Shown in pieces: positions 11,194-21,285 of a stretch of 64,000 bases of DNA (within the stretch, counting starts at the first letter, position 1; every line of letters begins with the position of its first letter). Both the position numbers and the translations under genes were made by a program. The notes beneath the pieces were generated by a model. That model was not told where the DNA came from, did no database searches, and saw only the letters and a list, made by a program, of their open reading frames with translations. This DNA is from Opitutales bacterium. GTDB taxonomy: Bacteria; Verrucomicrobiota; Verrucomicrobiia; Opitutales; UBA2987. The stretch lies in contig CBDDEL010000017.1 of the NCBI GenBank assembly GCA_965226885.1, forward strand, positions 96,001 to 160,000, read 5' to 3'.

Positions 11194-11443
11194 TTTTTTT
11201 CTCCGAACCGCCGCGAATTAGGGTCACCGCTTCGGTTTTGTTTTCTATAATGGATTTTGATTCCGAATCGTGAGAAGCTGCCGGGTGCGGTTCGGATGGC
11301 GCCTCATGACGGGCTTTTTTGGTAATCAAAGGGATGCCGTTGGGATTTACAGAATTGAAGGCAATTCCCATGAGCAGCGATACGCCAATCAATGCGATGG
11401 CCCGTAGTGTTAATCGAGTCAGAAGATTCATCTCTTTACGCAT
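11177..11443 (-). CDS. Small membrane-anchored hypothetical protein (resembles the N-terminus of rhodanese-domain proteins found next to mauE)
   Basis: TM helix then 'FNSVNPNGIPL'; overlaps the start of the DoxX gene. Confidence 0.5.
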   Translation of the reverse strand: MRKEMNLLTRLTLRAIALIGVSLLMGIAFNSVNPNGIPLITKKARHEAPSEPHPAASHDSESKSIIENKTEAVTLIRGGSEKKNEPAR

Positions 11444-11501
11444 TGGTTTGAAATTTCCTGCTGTTGTTTACGATGCCAAAATGAATGAAATATTTTATTA
11501 A

Positions 11502-12626
11502 TTAATGCTCTTCCAATAATAGGTTAATCTGGCGCTTGAAATCCGTCCAATAGCGAGACCCGGCCACGAGTTCGCCTTCGACATCGCCCGTTTCCATGGG
11601 ATGTCCGAGGATGAAGCTTGGGGTCTGGCGAATGCCGAGGCTTTTCGCTCTCAATTTTTCTTTCTGTATTTCCCCAGTGTATAAGTTGCTTTCCAGACAA
11701 GCCTGGAATAGTTCCAGATCAAGCCCCAATTCAGCGGCCAAAGACTGGAAGGTATCGGGTCCCAGATTTAGATTGTTTTCGAAAAGCAAATCACGCATGG
11801 CCCAATACCGCCCCTGATCACCAGCGCAATAGGAAGCTTCGGCCGCTTTTTGCGAGTGTCGGTTGTTGTTCAAGGGAAAATTTCCGCTCAAAAAATAAAC
11901 CAGACCGGTATCGACATATTCTTCCTTTATTTTTGGGAATGTTATCTCATGAAACATGCGGCAGTGCCCGCATTCATAGTCGGAGTATTCGATGATGACA
12001 ATTTTGGCTTCGGTACTGCCGACCCCAAATCGAAGCGGTTCCGGGAACCGAAATATTTTTCCCGACCCGCCAATATTTTGTCTATTTCGGGTCGAAGCTT
12101 CAGACTCCTGAGCTTTTGTTTTCGGAGCGGTTTTGGCGGCAGCTTTGCGGCTTTCCCCTACTACCATTTTTTTGGGGGCCTGGGCGAGGTTCTGATCGGG
12201 TTCCAGTTTTTGAAAACCGTTTTTTCCGTCGTTAAACCAGATGCGCAGATTCAGATTGGGGAATGTGTTTATTACGGAGTCGGTCAATGCAGGCATATTT
12301 TGTTCGACAGAACCGAGGTAAACCGTGTAAACGCCATCGACCACGGGAAGTTCGTTGGCTTGGTGGGGAATGCCGGAAGCATCCGCTGCTGAACTGCTCC
12401 ATAGAAGCTCCCCTTTTTGACTCAGGAGGACGAATTTGAACTGGCCGGTTCCGTTAAAAGATTGCCCATCTACAACGAGATTTCCGCGGTAGGAGATGGT
12501 GTCTCCCTCCACCCCCCGGAGGCCGTTGCTTCCCAAGTTCAGAGTGGTGAAAACGATGAGCAGCCATCTGCAACCGCTCTTGAATCGATTGACGAATCTG
12601 TTTGTTGGCATTTTGTAATGATGCAT
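11502..12626 (-). CDS. DsbA-family thioredoxin-fold protein with an extra N-terminal beta domain
   Basis: 'EYSDYECGHC' CxxC and 'TPSF' cis-Pro loop; signal peptide. Confidence 0.85.
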   Translation of the reverse strand: MHHYKMPTNRFVNRFKSGCRWLLIVFTTLNLGSNGLRGVEGDTISYRGNLVVDGQSFNGTGQFKFVLLSQKGELLWSSSAADASGIPHQANELPVVDGVYTVYLGSVEQNMPALTDSVINTFPNLNLRIWFNDGKNGFQKLEPDQNLAQAPKKMVVGESRKAAAKTAPKTKAQESEASTRNRQNIGGSGKIFRFPEPLRFGVGSTEAKIVIIEYSDYECGHCRMFHEITFPKIKEEYVDTGLVYFLSGNFPLNNNRHSQKAAEASYCAGDQGRYWAMRDLLFENNLNLGPDTFQSLAAELGLDLELFQACLESNLYTGEIQKEKLRAKSLGIRQTPSFILGHPMETGDVEGELVAGSRYWTDFKRQINLLLEEH

Positions 12627-12818
12627 AGACCTAATTAATGGAGAGTGTACGGATTGATTGAAGTTGGCAAGTTCAAGTGAGACAACGCCCAGTAATTCCG
12701 ATATGGTTAAATTTCTCGGTTCCGTTAGAATTTTATGGACAAGTAAACTATGTTAAATTAAAGCCATACTTTTATTAGAAGCATCAATATTGCCTAACCG
12801 ACAGTATATAATTCCCAA

Positions 12819-13898
12819 ATGCGATTTAACCGGCGATCCTTATTAAGGCATAAAGTTCAAGTACGTTGGCTTGTGCCGTTGATCTTATCTCTTGCCACAG
12901 TATTCAATCCTTTGTTTGCGAATGGCATCAAAGATTCTTTGTTAAAAGAACCGGTGCCCATAAAGATTGTGGACCCTGTTTACCCGTTTGAGTTTCACCA
13001 AACAAAGGTGGAAACCATGGTGGAAATGCTCGTCGAGATAAACGAAAATGGAGAGGTCGAGGAAGTCAGCGTGTTGAGCGGCCCGCATGTTTCTTTTGGA
13101 AATGCCGCCCTCGGTGCGGTTCGCCGATGGAAATTCAAGCCAGCTATGAAAGACGGAAAAGCGATAGCCGTGCGGCGCGTCCTGCCCATCTTTTTTTCCT
13201 ATTCGGGCCGAAAGTATCCAGCAAAATCCGTAAATTTGTCCCGAATTTCAAAGTCTCGGAAAAATCAAAACGTGGTTTCCGCTGAGATACTCGATCACCA
13301 TCAGCCGGCCTATCCGTTTGAGTTGCTCTCAAAAAGCATTGATGGAAACGCCAAGTTAAACTTTGCCGTGAGTGAGGATGGTTCTGTTTCAAGCGTTGAA
13401 ATAGAGGAGCAATCCCATCCGGAATTTGGCCATGCCGCCGCGGCTGCCTTGATGCATTGGAAATTCAAGCCCGTGAAAAAGGATGGCCAAATAATTCCTT
13501 TTTCTCTCCAGCAGGAGTTTTCCTTCAACCGAAGTTATCTGGAACCTACAATTCGCAATTGGGTCCGGCAACTCAAGAATTCCAAAGTTGATTTTATCAC
13601 TAAGCCCAAGGAACTGGATAAAAACCCGAGGCCAATTTTAAGGAAAATGCCGGTTTACCCACCGGCGCTCGCCCACAAGGCTGCTGAGGGAAAGGTAAAG
13701 ATTCGGTTTATAGTTGATAAAAAGGGAAAAGTCCGGTTGCCCAGAGTAGAAGAGGCTAGCGACCCATTGTTCGGATATGCAGCCGTGGCGGCCATTTCAT
13801 TGTGGAAATTTGAACCGCCCCTCAAAGATGGCGAGCCGGTTATTACGGAATTTGTCCTGCCAATGACTTTTAAGCTGGAATTCGCCGAGGTTCTTTGA
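12819..13898 (+). CDS. TonB-family protein with three tandem TonB C-terminal domains
   Basis: Three 'PxYP...FG.AA...WKFxP' units. Confidence 0.88.
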   Translation: MRFNRRSLLRHKVQVRWLVPLILSLATVFNPLFANGIKDSLLKEPVPIKIVDPVYPFEFHQTKVETMVEMLVEINENGEVEEVSVLSGPHVSFGNAALGAVRRWKFKPAMKDGKAIAVRRVLPIFFSYSGRKYPAKSVNLSRISKSRKNQNVVSAEILDHHQPAYPFELLSKSIDGNAKLNFAVSEDGSVSSVEIEEQSHPEFGHAAAAALMHWKFKPVKKDGQIIPFSLQQEFSFNRSYLEPTIRNWVRQLKNSKVDFITKPKELDKNPRPILRKMPVYPPALAHKAAEGKVKIRFIVDKKGKVRLPRVEEASDPLFGYAAVAAISLWKFEPPLKDGEPVITEFVLPMTFKLEFAEVL

Positions 13899-13960
13899 GA
13901 ATAGAACCAGATTTATAAGTCTGTTGCTTGATAAGTAGAAATTGCATATTACCTTAATTA

Positions 13961-15777
13961 GAGGCTGTCCCAAAAATATAAAGATTTTATAGTCAACTGG
14001 ATGACGTTGATAAAAAGAGCCGGAAAGAGCAAGTTTTTGCTCGATCCGGCCAAAAAAGGGTTCTATAATTGAGTTAGCGAAAATCAATATAGCCCTTTCT
14101 ATGAAAAATATAGCCATCCAATGCCTCCTGCGTCCAGCTTTAACTGTGGTCGACCGGTGCCTCGATTACGATAACTTCCGCGCCACCATTGATCGAATCG
14201 ATCGGCTGCTGATCGACTCGGAGGTGGAATCGCAGGCCATTGAGCTGGCCTTGGAGGGGTGGCCGCCAATGGGTCTAAAGGCCCGGCGGCAGCGGGCCAG
14301 TTTTGCCATCAAGGCACTGCGCATGGATACGCTGGGCCGTCTGCTCGGAGGGATTTCGTTTCGGCATTTGTCGCGGGCTCTGGGCAGCAGCGATCTGTTG
14401 GCCGACTTTTGCCGTGTCCGGCAGATCGATGGCATCAGGGGCATCTCCAAAAGCACCCTGGAGCGGGCCTCGAAGTTTTTCAGCGAAGAGCAGTTGAGGG
14501 CCTTGCACCGGACCTTGACTGAGGTGGTGGGCGATGCCCTTCTGGCCCGGCAGGTGGGATTGGACAAGCCGATTGACACCACCATTTGCCTGATCGACGG
14601 CACCTGTTTGGAGGCTAACATTCATTGGCCGACGGACTGGGTATTACTCAAGGATGTAGCCGGCACGTTGCTCAAAGCGATCCGGCTGATCCGCGAGAAG
14701 GCCGGTGTGCGCCATCGCATGCCGATCGAACCGGAGCCCTTGGCTCGGCAGATGAATCGGCTGTGCATACAGATGACCCACAGCCGGCGGCGAAAGGACA
14801 GCGCGCGGCAGCGCAAGGGTATCTTGAGGCAGATGAAAAAGCTGCTCAAACGGATCGGGGAGCATGCCCGCAGTCACCGGGAATTATTGCAAGCCTGCTG
14901 GGAGCAAAGCGATTACAGCGAAAAACAGGTCCAACAGATCCTCGCCCGGATGGAGCGCATGAGCGAGCAAATCCCGGTGGTCATCAAACAGGCGCACGAG
15001 CGGATCATTGGCGGCCGCCAGGTGAAAAACGCAGAGAAAGTCTTGAGTGTTTACGAACTCGATGGGCAGGTGATTGTGCGAGGTAAAGCGGGCCAAGAGG
15101 TCGAGTTCGGCAACACCCTGTTTTTGGGAGAAAGCGTTGAAGGGTACCTGCTGGACTGGAAACTCTACGGCAGCCGAACTCCAAGCGAAAATGAACAAAT
15201 GCAAGAGAGTTTGCAAAGACAGAACCGCTTCAACCTGGAAGAACCCATAGCGGCCATGTGCGCGGACCGGGGATTTGCCTCCCAGCGGGCCCGCCGGCAG
15301 TTAGCCCAGGAGGGAATCTACGACGCGCTCTGTCCACGCGATCCGAAGCAGTTGAAAAAACGGATGGAGGAACCACTGTTCAGGCAATTGCAAAAGCGCC
15401 GGGCCAGCACCGAAGGGCGGATCGGGGTATTGAAGAATCGCTGGCAGGCCGGGCGGTTGCGCAGCAAAGGCTTTGCCAACCGCTCGATCAGCGTAGCCTG
15501 GTCGGTACTCTCGCACAACCTATGGAAAGTAGCCAAGATGCTGGCCCAGCAAGACGAACTAAAAGCCAAAGCGGCGGCCTAGAGAGCGGAAAAGCAAGGA
15601 CAATACTTTTTCACAGCCTTACTGTCGGCTCATACAAAGAAAACCAGGCAACCGGACCCCAAAACCAGTATCCTAACGTCATAGGAGAGCAAAGTTGATA
15701 CTCTCCCAAATGCAAATACCTCTAAAATGAGCGCCTATCAAAAGCCCTCGCAAAAATCACCCTTTTGGGACAGCCTC
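13961..15777 (+). mobile_element. ISNCY/IS5-like element, intact copy (1817 bp)
   Basis: Perfect 15-bp IRs GAGGCTGTCCCAAAA / TTTTGGGACAGCCTC; flanked by TAATTA on both sides. Confidence 0.92.
14101..15582 (+). CDS. DDE transposase (ISNCY/IS5-like)
   Basis: 'IDGTCLEANIHWPTD', 'VEFG', 'ADRGF', 'RRASTEGRIG'. Confidence 0.88.
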   Translation: MKNIAIQCLLRPALTVVDRCLDYDNFRATIDRIDRLLIDSEVESQAIELALEGWPPMGLKARRQRASFAIKALRMDTLGRLLGGISFRHLSRALGSSDLLADFCRVRQIDGIRGISKSTLERASKFFSEEQLRALHRTLTEVVGDALLARQVGLDKPIDTTICLIDGTCLEANIHWPTDWVLLKDVAGTLLKAIRLIREKAGVRHRMPIEPEPLARQMNRLCIQMTHSRRRKDSARQRKGILRQMKKLLKRIGEHARSHRELLQACWEQSDYSEKQVQQILARMERMSEQIPVVIKQAHERIIGGRQVKNAEKVLSVYELDGQVIVRGKAGQEVEFGNTLFLGESVEGYLLDWKLYGSRTPSENEQMQESLQRQNRFNLEEPIAAMCADRGFASQRARRQLAQEGIYDALCPRDPKQLKKRMEEPLFRQLQKRRASTEGRIGVLKNRWQAGRLRSKGFANRSISVAWSVLSHNLWKVAKMLAQQDELKAKAAA

Positions 15778-15829
15778 TAATTAGATTTACAGGCTTATGG
15801 ATTCGGGTGTCGGGGCACAACGCAGTTTC

Positions 15830-16073
15830 CTGCATCCATCCATTAAAAATGCCGGGGAAGCGGGATTCTCACCCTGGCTCCCAGCCGCGGCAGTGAGCTT
15901 GATGAAACCCATTCTGCCTTACGCCCTTTCTTTTACGGCCGGAGCGATGATATTTGTCGTGGTGGAAGAGTTGATACCCGAATCCCAATTAGGCGAAAAA
16001 CACCGATATCGCCACTATGGGAACATTGCTTGGATTTACGGTAATGATGGTGCTGGATGTGGCCCTGGGGTAA
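15830..16073 (+). pseudogene. ZIP (ZupT-like) metal transporter remnant
   Basis: '[25 protein letters not shown]', then after a frameshift '[24 protein letters not shown]'; start boundary approximate. Confidence 0.85.
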
Positions 16074-16228
16074 ATTCCTTCAGACCGGATTTTCAGGCAG
16101 GTGAGCAAAATCTGGACAAATTCAGATTTTTTCTATATATTAAAGAGACTTAAATCATTTAGGGGGAAAGGTGCCTTGATGCCTGGAGCGTTGGGGGGGG
16201 ACATCATTTCAATAATCTTTTTAACTCA

Positions 16229-16723
16229 ATGCCAAAAAAATTCGCCAATACAGTCACTTTGAAATTTCTTCAATCCCATGCCCTCTTTGGAGGCATCGAA
16301 GATGAAGAATTGATAAAATTCCTCACCTTCATGGAGCAGGAAGAATACCCCAAAGGGAAAAAAATCGTCATCGAAGGGGACCCGGGGAATTGCCTCTTTT
16401 TAATTGCTGAGGGCTCTGTTGAGATACTCAAAACCGTTCCCGGTGCGGGTCATGACGATGGCGAACAAATTGCCACATTGGGAAAGGGTGAAACGTTCGG
16501 AGAAATGGCCATCATCGATTTGCACACCCGTTCTGCCACCGTGCGAGCCCTGGAAGATTCAATTGTCCTCATTCTTTCGCAGAAAAGCCTCTCCCGGATT
16601 TGGCACAACCACCCGAAAATTTACACCTTGATCCTCATGAATCTGGCTAGGGAAATCAGCATGAGGCTGCGCAGTATTGACACCCGGTTCGCCATTTCAC
16701 TTTTTTCCGTAAAGGGTAAATAA
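16229..16723 (+). CDS. Cyclic-nucleotide-binding domain protein (no HTH)
   Basis: 'GETFGEMAIID...RSATVRA' phosphate-binding cassette. Confidence 0.88.
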   Translation: MPKKFANTVTLKFLQSHALFGGIEDEELIKFLTFMEQEEYPKGKKIVIEGDPGNCLFLIAEGSVEILKTVPGAGHDDGEQIATLGKGETFGEMAIIDLHTRSATVRALEDSIVLILSQKSLSRIWHNHPKIYTLILMNLAREISMRLRSIDTRFAISLFSVKGK

Positions 16724-16749
16724 GTCCTCAAAACCCAGCGGGACAGGTC

Positions 16750-18627
16750 TTATTCTCTCCGGGTCACCTGTTCCAGAAGACGGTAGATTCGGTCCACCAT
16801 CCCGCGAGGGTCTTCATTGTAGCCCGCCGCCACCAAGGCGGTATCGTAAATCTGTTCCACAACCTGCCCGGCCAGTTCCTCTTCCTTCTCATAAATGGAG
16901 AAGAGGTTTTTAACCAATGGATGACCTAGATGGATCTCCAGATTTACCTTGGGTTGAGCGGCGACATCCTGCTGCATGGCTTTCATCATGCGGCGCATGG
17001 TGGGCGAGATCATTTTATCGGCATTCAGAACGATCGCCGGGCTGTCCACCAATCGCTTGCTCCCGGTCACTTTGTCAACGCGATCTTCAAGTTGTTTTTT
17101 AATCCATTCGCACAACCGGGTTTCCTCATCCCTGGTCAACGATTCCGCTTCGCTTTGGTCTTGGCCTAAATTCTCAATTTGCACCTCGGCCTGATCCGCC
17201 GACACCAGTGATTTGCCATCGAACTCATTCAGATGGCTCATGACGAACTCATCGATAGGCTCATAGAGAAAAAGGACCTCCAGGCTACTCGCCTTGAACG
17301 CTTCCAGATAAGGCCCCGCTTCGATCGTTTCACGGTTGGGGGCAAAATAATAATAAATCTCCTTTTGGCCCTCTTTCATGCCCTCGACATAATCCGCCAG
17401 ACTGGTAAATTCATTCTCCTCCCGATGGGAAGATTCATACCGCAGCAATTTTCCCAATTGTTCGCGGTGGCTGAAGTCCGAAGTAATCCCCTCTTTCAAA
17501 AATATCCCGTGATTTTTGTAAATCTCCAGGTAATGATCGGGGTTTTTCTTGGCGATGCCCTCGAGGTGCTTGAGAAAGCGGCGCGTCAGCAATTTGTTTA
17601 ATTTTTTAACCAGAGCGCTGTCCTGCATGGTTTCGCGGGAAATATTGAGAGGCAAATCGGCGCTATCGACCACCCCCCTCAAAAAGCGGAGCCATTCGGG
17701 CAGCAGCCCTTCCGGCTTGGAATCTATAAGAACCTTGCGGCAATAAAGGCTCACACTCGATTCCAGCCGCATAGATCCCATCTTTTCCATGTTCGTTTTG
17801 GGAACGAAAAGCAGGGCGTTGATGGCCAGGGGGGCATCCGCACTGAAATGCAGCCGCGTGCTCGGCTCGTCGAATGCATTGGCCTGAAATTTATAAAACT
17901 CGGTATATTCCTCTTCCTTGATTTCGTTTTTATTGCGCAGCCATAAAGCCTGGATCTTGTTCACCCGCTCTCCGTTCAGATTGATGGGGAACTGCACAAA
18001 ACTCGAGTAGCGGGTCAAAATATCCTTAACCGTGGCCTCTTTGGAGAATTCCTTTTCCTCCTCTTTGAGCAGCATGACTACCTTGCAGCCCCGGCGCTGC
18101 CCCTCGACCGTCTCAATTTGATAATTTCCAACGCCATCGCTGGTCCAGACCAGATGCTCGCCCTCTTTTTGCCATGAACGGGTATAAACCTTCACCTCAT
18201 CGGCCACCATGAAGGCGCTGTAAAAACCGACTCCGAATTGGCCGATTAGATCGCCCGTAGATTCCGGTCCCTCCTTCAACGCCTGCAAAAATGCCTTCGA
18301 GCCGGAATGGGCAATGGTGCCGAGGTTTTCCACCAATTCCGCACGGCTCATACCCAAGCCGAAATCCTGAATGGTAATCGTTCCCGCCGTTTCATCGGTC
18401 GTCAGGTTGATTTCCATCTCCAGCTTGTCGTCAAATATCTCCTTTTCGACCAATTGCACATGCCGGAGCTTTTCCAGCGCATCAGAGGCATTGGAAACCA
18501 ACTCACGCACAAAAATCTCCTTATTCGTATAAAGGGAATGGACCACTATATCCAGAAGCTGGGAAACCTCCGCCTGGAACGAGTGTTTTTCGATTCTCTC
18601 CTCTTTGTCTTTGCTTACTGTAGTCAT
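16750..18627 (-). CDS. htpG: Molecular chaperone HtpG (Hsp90)
   Basis: 'EIFVRELVSNASDA', 'IGQFGVGFYS', 'LPLNISRE'. Confidence 0.97.
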   Translation of the reverse strand: MTTVSKDKEERIEKHSFQAEVSQLLDIVVHSLYTNKEIFVRELVSNASDALEKLRHVQLVEKEIFDDKLEMEINLTTDETAGTITIQDFGLGMSRAELVENLGTIAHSGSKAFLQALKEGPESTGDLIGQFGVGFYSAFMVADEVKVYTRSWQKEGEHLVWTSDGVGNYQIETVEGQRRGCKVVMLLKEEEKEFSKEATVKDILTRYSSFVQFPINLNGERVNKIQALWLRNKNEIKEEEYTEFYKFQANAFDEPSTRLHFSADAPLAINALLFVPKTNMEKMGSMRLESSVSLYCRKVLIDSKPEGLLPEWLRFLRGVVDSADLPLNISRETMQDSALVKKLNKLLTRRFLKHLEGIAKKNPDHYLEIYKNHGIFLKEGITSDFSHREQLGKLLRYESSHREENEFTSLADYVEGMKEGQKEIYYYFAPNRETIEAGPYLEAFKASSLEVLFLYEPIDEFVMSHLNEFDGKSLVSADQAEVQIENLGQDQSEAESLTRDEETRLCEWIKKQLEDRVDKVTGSKRLVDSPAIVLNADKMISPTMRRMMKAMQQDVAAQPKVNLEIHLGHPLVKNLFSIYEKEEELAGQVVEQIYDTALVAAGYNEDPRGMVDRIYRLLEQVTRRE

Positions 18628-18629
18628 GC

Positions 18630-19697
18630 TGACGTGTACTGGATTTGTTGGACACGGGATTCTCTTATATTCATTGTTTATTGATTAGTGTGTCAGGCGG
18701 CTTGTTTTGGTAAAGGGTTTTGTTTTCTCGTTGCCCCCCATGGGGGGCAAATATTTTCCTCGAATTGGACTGGGCTTTGGTAACTCAGAGAGGAATGTTT
18801 GCGATATCGGTTGTAGAAGATTTCCACGTATTCGAAGACAGTTGATCGCAGTTCGCGCTCGTCGGCAAAGTGGCGGCCTCGAATCGTGCTGGTCTTGAAG
18901 CGGCCGTAGAACGATTCCATGGCCGCGTTGTCGTAGCAGTTGCCTTGGGCGCTCATGCTCGGCTTCATGCCTAGTTCAGAGACCAGCCTCTGATAGTCGT
19001 CGCTGGCGTAGGGGCTGCCCCGATCGCTGTGATGAATAATCCCGGTGCGCAGTGTGCCGCGGGTCATGGCCGCGGCTTTGAGGGCCTTGCCAACCAGCTT
19101 CGCGTCGTTGTGGTTGGAAACGCTCCAGCCCAGCAGGCGTCGGCTGAACAGGTCCATCACCGTGGCCAAGTACATCCAACCGGCCAGGGTCCGTAGGTAG
19201 GTCGTGTCCGCCACCCAGACCTCGTCGATATGGGTCGGCTGGCCATGCTTTTTAAGCACATTGGGGCTGTAACCATAGGGATGGTTACTGTTGGTTCTTA
19301 ATGGCTTAAAGCGTTTACTCTGGGTGCTTTTGATTCCCATTTCACGCATCAGACGCAGAGCCCGGTCACGGCCGCAATCGATGCCCTCATCATCCTTCAG
19401 ATGGCGGTGCATTGGCCGATGCCCATAGCGGCCCTTGGCCTCTTTGTGTACCTTCAGGATCGCCCCCTTGATTCCCTCGTCCTCGATCCGCCGGGCCGAG
19501 GGCGCTCGGGGCCTCCAGCAGTAATAGCCACTGCGACAAATCCCCATCGCCGAGCATATTTCCTCGATCTTGAAGCGCCCCTCGTTGTCTTTGACAAACT
19601 GGTACTTCATTGTTCGTCCTTGGCAAAGTAGCCCACCGTTTTTTTTAGTATCTGGTTGATCCGCTCCGAGCGGCGCAGCTCTTTGCGAAGACGATCT
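18630..19697 (-). mobile_element. IS3-family element type A, copy 3 (left end deleted)
   Basis: Right IR at 18630; near-identical to copy 2 up to 19697, where another IS begins. Confidence 0.93.
18693..19610 (-). CDS. IS3 transposase OrfB
   Basis: Near-identical to 5088..6005. Confidence 0.9.
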   Translation of the reverse strand: MKYQFVKDNEGRFKIEEICSAMGICRSGYYCWRPRAPSARRIEDEGIKGAILKVHKEAKGRYGHRPMHRHLKDDEGIDCGRDRALRLMREMGIKSTQSKRFKPLRTNSNHPYGYSPNVLKKHGQPTHIDEVWVADTTYLRTLAGWMYLATVMDLFSRRLLGWSVSNHNDAKLVGKALKAAAMTRGTLRTGIIHHSDRGSPYASDDYQRLVSELGMKPSMSAQGNCYDNAAMESFYGRFKTSTIRGRHFADERELRSTVFEYVEIFYNRYRKHSSLSYQSPVQFEENICPPWGATRKQNPLPKQAA

Positions 19698-20982
19698 TGA
19701 TCGGACCCCATCTTTGCTACCACTTTAAGTGAGAGTATTTCCGTAGGTTTGGTATTGTAGGTTTTGCAGCGGGTGGCGCAATGAGGCCGTAGGCCGAATG
19801 GAGCCAGCCGCTGCTTTGTTGATTGTTCGCCAGAGTCTGGCAAATGTATTTGGGGAGAGAAAGCCTAATCGGCTGTGGGGGTGTTTCGCGTTGTATTTGT
19901 GTCGCCATTGTTCGACCACCACACGCGCTTCGGTCACGCTCAGGAACAGTTCCTGATTAAGGCATTCATCGCGCAAACGATTATGAAAGGATTCTATATG
20001 TCCATTCTGCCAAGGGCTTCCTGGATCAATGTATGCGATGGCAATTTCCTGTCGCTGCAGTTCTTCTTTGACTTGGTGGGCTATAAACTCCGATCCGTTG
20101 TCCGAGCGGATGCACTGAGGTTTGCCGTTCTCTCTTATGGCATCGTTCAATACCTCTACCACATCGGCACTTTTCAGTGAGCGCGCAACCTTAATGGCCA
20201 GGCATTGACGGGTATGTTCATCGATCAGTGTCAAGAGCCTGAGCGGACCGCCCCGGTCGGTGCGATCCGCCACGAAGTCCCAACTCCACACATGGTTGGG
20301 CTGCACTGCTCAGGTCGGGGTAGCCGTGGATTGGCCCTGCCGGCGACGGCGCTTGCGAGACGGCCGCACACCCAGTCCTTCGAAACGACGCACTTTTTGG
20401 ACGAATTTGCGACTCACGGGCCAACCTTCATGGGTCAACAAAGCGCGGATCCGACGATAGCCATAGCGCGGATGCTTCTTCGAAAAGGCAATGATGCGTG
20501 CCACCAGTTTATGCCTATACTCAGTAGCTTTCTTGGGTTCATACAGGTAGGTTGAGCGGTGCAACCCAAAATACTGACAGGCCCGACGCAGCGAGCACGA
20601 CCCTTGGGCCAATACATGCTTCACCGCTTCCTTTTTCTGCTTCGGGCCTACCATTTTTTTGCGTTCACCTCCTTGAGCACACGGTTCTCCAGCATCTGCT
20701 CGGCTACAATCTTCTTAAGCTGTGTGTTCTCGCGCTCCAGCTCCTTCAGCCGCTTGGCGTCACGCAGCTCCATGCGGCCATACTTTTTACGCCAACGATG
20801 GTAGCTTTGAGGACTGATATTGTGGGACCGACAGACATCCTGAATGCCTTTGCCTGCGTCTACTTCGCGCAGTATCGTTATGATTTGTTCAGGGGTGTAT
20901 CTTTTTTGCTTCATAGGTCTTTCCGGTAATTTCTCCAGAAAGACTCTCACTGGCAATGGTAGTGTTTTCGGCGGTCACATCA
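19698..20982 (-). mobile_element. IS3-family element type C (IS407-like), orfB with an internal stop
   Basis: Imperfect IRs TGATCGGACCCC..CTACCA / TGATGTGACCGCC..CTACCA; orfA 'MKQKRYTPEQII'; orfB 'WSWDFV..SDNGSEF..WQNGHIESF' split by TGA at 20310-20312. Confidence 0.88.
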
Positions 20983-21285
20983 ACCACATAGTCTTTTAAA
21001 ATTTCCAAAATGTTCTAAAATAATATTTTTGTCCCATTTGTAATTATTGGATATGATTTTCACCAATTTACTTAAATGTTTTTTAAAAAACTTAATATTT
21101 TCCTGAATCTCTTTAATTGATATACCAGCATGTTTTCGATACTCCTCGACCAATTCCACTATTGCTGGAGTTGATCTACAATATTCATAATAAAATATTC
21201 CCTGCAAAGCGGGTTTACTGTATCCATCAAAATCCCACTCCTCGCGAGGTAGGGGTTCAGGAAGTGAATTAGGATTTTCAGCCAT
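20980..21285 (-). pseudogene. AT-rich hypothetical gene downstream of the integrase, truncated by the IS
   Basis: Starts 3 bp after the integrase stop; its stop codon is the terminal TGA of the IS. Confidence 0.6.
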
